The notes under the pieces were generated by a model. That model did not search any database and was not told the DNA's origin. It saw only the letters and a program-made list of their open reading frames with translations. The position numbers were made by a program, and so were the translations under genes. Below are positions 6,190 to 10,975 of a stretch of DNA of 10,975 nt, piece after piece. Position 1 is the stretch's first letter; the number at the start of each line of letters is the position of its first letter. The DNA is from an uncultured archaeon. Lineage in GTDB: Archaea; Asgardarchaeota; Heimdallarchaeia; Heimdallarchaeales; Heimdallarchaeaceae. The stretch lies in contig CAZHRF010000072.1 of assembly GCA_964534625.1 (NCBI GenBank), positions 1 through 10,975 on the forward strand. The letters are read 5' to 3'.

Positions 6190-6704
6190 TATGATTTAGC
6201 GTATTTTTTGTTGATGGATTTTGCTTTCTTGACAAATTTTCGCTTATTATTCAAAAATTCGATAGCTGCTTTCTTATTAAAAACATCATTAGGATTGATA
6301 AAAGCACCATCAACATTGAACATAGCTAAAATCGAATATATGACGGTGTTAATATTTTTACTTGGTGACCATCCATCAGGTTTACCGATTAAATCATTAT
6401 CAACTAACGCAAGACAAATATTACGTTTTCCCGGATATTCCTTAGGATTAGGCCAGAAATTAGGATGCCATATAGGTGTATGCAATCTTACAAACGGAGG
6501 TTTATAGGGATAGTTTTTGCCAAACTTAATTTCTAGTTTATATTTGCCGCCCACATAAGGCGTCCCCCTCGGTCCTTTAAATCCTACTGCCAAATGTGTC
6601 ATAGTCTTTTTGCCTGTAGGAAAAGATTTTACTTGCTCAATTATTCCCTCTTTATGTAATTTTCTGAGGCTTTCATATTCTTTTATAATCCTTTGTTTTC
6701 TCAT
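6183..6704 (-). CDS. Ubiquitin-conjugating enzyme E2 (UBC fold)
   Basis: RIIKEY helix 1, GPRGTPYVGG, YPYKPPFV, IWHPN, catalytic Cys in NICL, WSP, and NPNDVFNKKAA. Confidence 0.95.
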   Translation of the reverse strand: MRKQRIIKEYESLRKLHKEGIIEQVKSFPTGKKTMTHLAVGFKGPRGTPYVGGKYKLEIKFGKNYPYKPPFVRLHTPIWHPNFWPNPKEYPGKRNICLALVDNDLIGKPDGWSPSKNINTVIYSILAMFNVDGAFINPNDVFNKKAAIEFLNNKRKFVKKAKSINKKYAKSYW

Positions 6705-6747
6705 TGCTTGCCACCACTTGTTGATTTCATACTAAAATAACCATATT

Positions 6748-6761
6748 CCTATAAAAACGTT
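6748..6761 (-). promoter_or_regulatory. Putative TATA promoter for the E2-JAB-E3 transcription unit
   Basis: AACGTTTTTATAGG on the minus strand, about 45-55 nt upstream of the E2 ATG. Confidence 0.45.
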
Positions 6762-6812
6762 ATTAAAAACCATCTAATCTGTTTGAATCAGAGTTTAAGT
6801 TTACAGAGAAAA

Positions 6813-7856
6813 TTACGAGTCAAGGTAGACAATTTCATATGAAGCTTTGTATAATCTATTCATTATAGCTAATCCTTCTTTTTCCTCTTCCACAGATTCA
6901 ACATAAGCCATCGTACAGTCTTCGTCATCCAATTTACGTAGACATTCGAAAAGATTCTTTTGGATTTCTTTTTTATCTTCTCCAACTAAGATAACCGATT
7001 CTGCTCTTTTATGTACATGTTCGTTATGTAAACACAAAACTGCTATTTTTGCTTTATCTAATCGAATAATCTCTCGGTTGATAAACGTTTCTTGTGTAGC
7101 CTTATCACCATGTACCAATATTAAGCGTGTATTGGGTGAATAATGTTTATACTTTAACCCAGGACTTGTAGGACTTGTTCTTATTTTAGGATCAACACTT
7201 TTTAGGATGGTTATATTTGGTAGATATTGTTTAAGAGTTTCATATGTAATGCCTCCTGGTCTTAAAATTGTTGGAGGGTCAATTACGATATTTAATACAG
7301 TTGATTCGACTCCAATCTTTGTTTTTCCTCCATCTAAAATGAGCGGGATTTTTCCTTGAAAATCTTCATAGACTCTTTTTGCATTTGTGGCACTTGGTTT
7401 TCCAGAAAGATTAGCACTTGGGGCAGCAATTGGTGTTTGTGCTTCTTCAATTAGTTTCAAAGCTATAGGATTATTAGGAATACGTATTGCAACAGTATTT
7501 AGCCCACCTGTTGTAATTGTAGGTACTTTTTCACTTTTTTTAAAAAGGAGCGTCAATGGACCAGGCCACAAAGCTGTCATCAACTGTTTATATTCTTCAG
7601 GAAAGTAGCTAACTAACGGATATATCTGTTTGATATTACTTACATGCAAAATTAATGGATTGTCACTTGGTCTTCCTTTTACTGCAAAAATCTTTTTTAC
7701 AGCATGAGGATTCAACGCATCAGCTCCCAGACCATAGACTGTTTCTGTTGGGAAAGCAACAACATCCCCCGATTTGATTATTTTGGCTGCTTGTTGGATT
7801 TTGTTCTTATCGTACGAATGTTTTAAATCCTCAATTATTGTCTGCAAATTGTTCAT
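6813..7856 (-). CDS. sua5: Threonylcarbamoyl-AMP synthase (YrdC plus SUA5 domains), t6A tRNA modification
   Basis: AFPTETVYGLGADA, KGRPSDNPLI, WPGPLT, APSANLSGKPS, LRPG, linker SPGLKYKHYSP, C-terminal AIMNRLYKA. Confidence 0.96.
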   Translation of the reverse strand: MNNLQTIIEDLKHSYDKNKIQQAAKIIKSGDVVAFPTETVYGLGADALNPHAVKKIFAVKGRPSDNPLILHVSNIKQIYPLVSYFPEEYKQLMTALWPGPLTLLFKKSEKVPTITTGGLNTVAIRIPNNPIALKLIEEAQTPIAAPSANLSGKPSATNAKRVYEDFQGKIPLILDGGKTKIGVESTVLNIVIDPPTILRPGGITYETLKQYLPNITILKSVDPKIRTSPTSPGLKYKHYSPNTRLILVHGDKATQETFINREIIRLDKAKIAVLCLHNEHVHKRAESVILVGEDKKEIQKNLFECLRKLDDEDCTMAYVESVEEEKEGLAIMNRLYKASYEIVYLDS

Positions 7857-7889
7857 CTCTTGCTTACTATTCTAAATATCATTGAGTTA

Positions 7890-7903
7890 ACTTAAAGGTT
7901 TTC
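7890..7903 (-). promoter_or_regulatory. Putative BRE/TATA promoter of sua5
   Basis: GAAAACCTTTAAGT on the minus strand, about 35-45 nt upstream of the ATG. Confidence 0.55.
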
Positions 7904-7956
7904 TGACAGTTGTTTATTATATGCACTATATTTATTCGACAAATAAATTGATACAA

Positions 7957-7973
7957 GAAAAGATTATTTAATA
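7957..7973 (+). promoter_or_regulatory. Putative BRE/TATA promoter of the SDR gene
   Basis: GAAAAGATTATTTAATA about 35-50 nt upstream of ATG 8007; GAGATGA RBS-like motif before the start. Confidence 0.4.
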
Positions 7974-8006
7974 GAAATACGTTACTTCATTGATAGAGAT
8001 GAAAAA

Positions 8007-8753
8007 ATGAAAACGATTATTGTAGCAGCCCCCTTTAGCGGAATAGGAAAAGGCATTGTACCTAAACTTCTAGAGCTATACGAGGTCATAGGAATAAGTA
8101 GAAGTGTAAACAAAAAACTTTTGTCTGAATATCAAAATATAGGTAAATTCACTTTTGTCAAGTCCGATCATACTACTGAAGAATCAATAATCAAGGCCAT
8201 ACAAGTAGCAACCACAGTGAATAGTGACATCCATGGTTTAATTCATTTTGTAGGTGGAAGCTTAATGAGCAAAAAGGTAGAAGATCTTTCAGCTGAGGAT
8301 TTTACTAAAGTACTTGAAGTTAATTTACACTCTGCCTTTTTGTATAGCCGTGAGGTCTATAAAGCGATGAAGAAAAATAAGGGTGGAAACATAATTTTAT
8401 TTGGTTCAACCACTGGCAACAGTCCAACGAAAAAAAAATTGCCTTATGCAGTAGCAAAAGCAGGCATCCACATGTTAACTAAAGCTCTTGCATTAGAAGG
8501 AGCAGAACACCAAATTATTGTTAATACTATTGCCCCTAGCTATGTAATGACAGAAAGACATATTGAGGATTTAAAGAAAGAAGCTAATAAAAGAGATCAA
8601 CAATTTAAGGAAAGAGTAAAACACAAAAAAAATAAGAACCCATTAAAAGATGTATTATATCCAGAAGATCTCTATGAATTAATAGAATTATTACTGCATA
8701 CTAAGAAAATACAAGGACAAACTATACAGATTGATTTGGGACAATTATTGTGA
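8007..8753 (+). CDS. Short-chain dehydrogenase/reductase (FabG-like SDR)
   Basis: Variant Rossmann motif AAPFSGIGKG, VLEVNL, catalytic Ser in FGST, YAVAK (YxxxK), VNTIAP. Confidence 0.88.
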   Translation: MKTIIVAAPFSGIGKGIVPKLLELYEVIGISRSVNKKLLSEYQNIGKFTFVKSDHTTEESIIKAIQVATTVNSDIHGLIHFVGGSLMSKKVEDLSAEDFTKVLEVNLHSAFLYSREVYKAMKKNKGGNIILFGSTTGNSPTKKKLPYAVAKAGIHMLTKALALEGAEHQIIVNTIAPSYVMTERHIEDLKKEANKRDQQFKERVKHKKNKNPLKDVLYPEDLYELIELLLHTKKIQGQTIQIDLGQLL

Positions 8754-8893
8754 TGCTCACCCTTTACTGTTACTTCATTCATTCTCATAAAAATAGTGGA
8801 GACGGATTATATCTCTCAGTGATTGAATGATGTGTTTTTCTCTCTACCAAATTAAAAACATGTCAAGTAAGAAATTATATCTGCTATTTCATA

Positions 8894-9046
8894 CTACTCT
8901 TCTTTGCTTACACTAAAGGGTAATATTAGTCCTTTTTCATTTATATACTTGTATAATAAATAAATCAAATAAACCAAAGCTGTACAGCTAACAATAAACA
9001 ATAATGAACCTATAATAGCATTAAACAATTGATGCAATTCTATCAT
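8894..9046 (-). CDS. Small (50 aa) single-pass membrane protein, not in the ORF track
   Basis: Manual translation: MIELHQLFNAIIGSLLFIVSCTALVYLIYLLYKYINEKGLILPFSVSKEE*. One hydrophobic helix followed by a charged tail; TATA-like element about 20-27 nt upstream. Confidence 0.55.
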   Translation of the reverse strand: MIELHQLFNAIIGSLLFIVSCTALVYLIYLLYKYINEKGLILPFSVSKEE

Positions 9047-9065
9047 ATTACAGTTGAACGGCACG

Positions 9066-9080
9066 ACTTAAAACCTTTTT
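9066..9080 (-). promoter_or_regulatory. Putative BRE/TATA promoter for the small membrane ORF (leaderless geometry)
   Basis: AAAAAGGTTTTAAGT on the minus strand; same TTTAAGT core as the sua5 promoter candidate. Confidence 0.45.
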
Positions 9081-9144
9081 TAAAAGTTCTTTTTTATCGT
9101 TTTTTGCTGACATTGGTAATTTAAGTAATCTTTGATTCTGCTTG

Positions 9145-9176
9145 ATGAACTACTCCACCCCAAGTGATGGGCATTC
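9145..9176 (-). mobile_element. Degenerate IS200/IS605 end-like remnant
   Basis: The plus strand ATGAACTACTCCACCCCAAGTGATGGGCATTC resembles the reverse complement of 37-69 (ATGAACTACCACTACCTAAAGGCAGATGGTTTC): 9 identical terminal nt, and a similar CCA..AAG..ATGG..TTC layout. Confidence 0.4.
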
Positions 9177-9265
9177 TGACTAGGTTAGGTAAAAATTATC
9201 TGCTACATTATCACTATACATAATTTTTTAACATATAGGGAGTATGTAAGAATGGTTCTTTCGGG

Positions 9266-10027
9266 GTGATTATCATTTCTCAAGAATATGTCATAGAAAC
9301 ACAAAATCTTGAAAAAATATATAAAACAGACGACGTAAAAGCAGTAAATGGCTTAAATCTTAAAGTGAAGAAAGGCGAGATTTATGGTTTTATCGGTGCC
9401 AATGGTTCGGGTAAGACGACTACGATTAATATGCTTACTGGAACTTTAAAGCCAACTAGTGGTTCAATTAAAATTTTAGACATGGATGCAGTTAAACATA
9501 GATATATATTAGCCCCTGATATTGGTATTGCACCCCAAGACTATTCTATCTATCCTGATCTAACAGTCAAAGAAAACATCCGATTTTTTGCTAAGCTATA
9601 TGGTATACATGGAGATAAACTCAAAACAAAGATGAAACAATTGCTTAACATTATTCATCTTCAAGATGAAAAAGACACCTTGGGTAAAAATCTATCAGGG
9701 GGGATGAAACGACGAGTTAGCCTTGCAGCAGCTCTAATTCACGAACCTAAAGTGGTTTTCATTGATGAAGCGACTGTTGGAGTAGATCCCATTCTCCGTA
9801 ATTTCTTTTGGGATTATTTTCGAAAGTTACGAGATGAAGGCACAACATTAGTTATTACTAGTCACGTAATGGATGAAGCAGAGAAAGCGGATAGAATAGG
9901 ATTAATGCGAGCAGGCAAACTTATCGAAGAAGGAACCCCTTCCGAATTAAAAGACAAATATGCTGTAGAAACAATAGAAGAAATTTTTCTACTACTTAGC
10001 ACAGGAGTGAAAATTAATGAAATCTAA
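9266..10027 (+). CDS. ABC-2 type exporter ATP-binding subunit
   Basis: Walker A GANGSGKTT, Q-loop APQ, signature LSGGMKRR, Walker B VFIDE, H-loop ITSH. Confidence 0.95.
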   Translation: MIIISQEYVIETQNLEKIYKTDDVKAVNGLNLKVKKGEIYGFIGANGSGKTTTINMLTGTLKPTSGSIKILDMDAVKHRYILAPDIGIAPQDYSIYPDLTVKENIRFFAKLYGIHGDKLKTKMKQLLNIIHLQDEKDTLGKNLSGGMKRRVSLAAALIHEPKVVFIDEATVGVDPILRNFFWDYFRKLRDEGTTLVITSHVMDEAEKADRIGLMRAGKLIEEGTPSELKDKYAVETIEEIFLLLSTGVKINEI

Positions 10028-10975
10028 TAAAAATAATCTCCCTATTGTACTGGAAAATGGACATAAATCTGTTTCCAGAATTATTACTGTCACACATAGG
10101 GTTCTTAAACAATTTTTACGCGATCGTCAGACGTTTGCGATGATATTGATTATTCCCTTACTAGTGATGATTGTATTTGGATTTTCGCTCTCTGGCGAGT
10201 TCAAGAATCTTCCTATACTCATAGAAAATGCCGATCAAGGCTATCCGCCTGATGCTTTACCAGAGGATCAATGGTTTAATTATGGCACTAATATTACTGA
10301 ACAGCTGAAACAAGATGAAACTATAGACTATCATGAAGGAACTTATAATACTTCTTTAGCTGATGTTGACAATGGTAAATATTATGCTGCTATTTACATT
10401 CCCAATAATTTTTCGGAAAGCTTGTATCGGCGCATTGTCTATAATCATAATATTACTATTGTAGTGACAATATATATTGATGCTACCAATCCTACTGTGA
10501 GAATGAGTATCATGAATGCACTTGGTAATTCTCTACAAGAGTCACTTGGTGCTGATTGGATTGTGGTACACGAAACATTTGCACACGGAGGAGAAGAATA
10601 TTCAGGATTGGATACCAGTATACCTGGTGTGATGGCTTTTGTTTTAACGTATTTAGTATTACTCATTTCAACACTAACAATGATCAGAGAAAAACTTGTG
10701 GGTACAGAAAATAGATTATTTGCCACTCCTCTTCGTTCATCAGAAAAAATATGTGGATATTCTCTCGCTCTACTTGTCATTGCAGTATTAACTTCAATTG
10801 TTATTCTTATTGTAGGTCTAGGGATATTTGGTACAACATTAAGAGGGAGTTTCTTCCTCTTGATAGTTGCAATAGTGATGTACAGTCTGTTACATGTATT
10901 AATCGCAGTATTTGTTTCAAATTTCGCAGAAAATGAATTACAAGCAGTTCAAATGGCCCCAATTATAACTTTGCC
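10017..10975 (+). CDS. ABC-2 type exporter permease (YbhR/YbhS-like), truncated by the window end
   Basis: ATG at 10017 overlaps the ATPase 3' end, with a GGAGTGA RBS. Manual translation gives MKSNK...RVLKQFLRDRQTFAMILIIPLLVMIVFGF... and, in the same frame, the conserved IREKLVGTENRLFATP motif followed by TM helices. Confidence 0.9.
   Translation, partial: MKSNKNNLPIVLENGHKSVSRIITVTHRVLKQFLRDRQTFAMILIIPLLVMIVFGFSLSGEFKNLPILIENADQGYPPDALPEDQWFNYGTNITEQLKQDETIDYHEGTYNTSLADVDNGKYYAAIYIPNNFSESLYRRIVYNHNITIVVTIYIDATNPTVRMSIMNALGNSLQESLGADWIVVHETFAHGGEEYSGLDTSIPGVMAFVLTYLVLLISTLTMIREKLVGTENRLFATPLRSSEKICGYSLALLVIAVLTSIVILIVGLGIFGTTLRGSFFLLIVAIVMYSLLHVLIAVFVSNFAENELQAVQMAPIITL

Noticed and set aside
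866-6704. Bacterial-type anti-phage ubiquitin-like defence system (Bil, or CBASS Cap2/Cap3)
   Set aside because: No CD-NTase or effector genes; components are eukaryote-like and flanked by housekeeping genes. An antiviral role is not excluded but has no support here.
6813-7856. sua5 as a functional part of the ubiquitin-like system
   Set aside because: Universal t6A enzyme, separated by 108 nt containing a separate TATA candidate for the E2 gene; adjacency alone is insufficient
8754-9265. CRISPR array, tRNA or structured ncRNA in the long intergenic region
   Set aside because: No spaced direct repeats or cloverleaf seen; the region is partly explained by a small ORF, promoters and an IS-end-like remnant
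413-10936. Other short ORFs in the track (413..598, 1432..1647, 1513..1794, 2460..2672, 2515..2697, 5379..5561, 6208..6507, 7387..7608, 10445..10780, 10751..10936)
   Set aside because: They overlap well-supported genes in other frames or strands and show no motifs

Overview
AT-rich archaeal-looking window (BRE/TATA-like promoters, GGTGA-type ribosome-binding sites, SUA5-type TsaC), most consistent with an Asgard archaeon (inferred from gene content). The core (866-6704) is a complete eukaryote-like ubiquitin-like conjugation locus: a UBA2/UBA3-like E1, a ubiquitin-fold modifier with an acidic N-terminal tail ending in Ala-Gly, a UBC E2 with two loop insertions, an MPN+/JAMM isopeptidase, and a multi-pass membrane RING-type E3. 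Two unexplained genes sit inside the cluster. One is a 195-aa membrane protein that aligns by eye with the E3's 195-aa membrane domain. The other is an opposite-strand Lys/Pro-rich disordered protein with TPKK repeats. Flanking genes are a nicotinamidase, SUA5, an SDR, a 50-aa single-pass membrane ORF missed by the ORF track, and an ABC-2 exporter (ATPase plus a permease cut off by the window end). An IS200/IS605 right end lies at 1-69, and a probable degenerate copy lies at 9145-9176. All alignments were done by eye against reference sequences recalled from memory; no searches were run.
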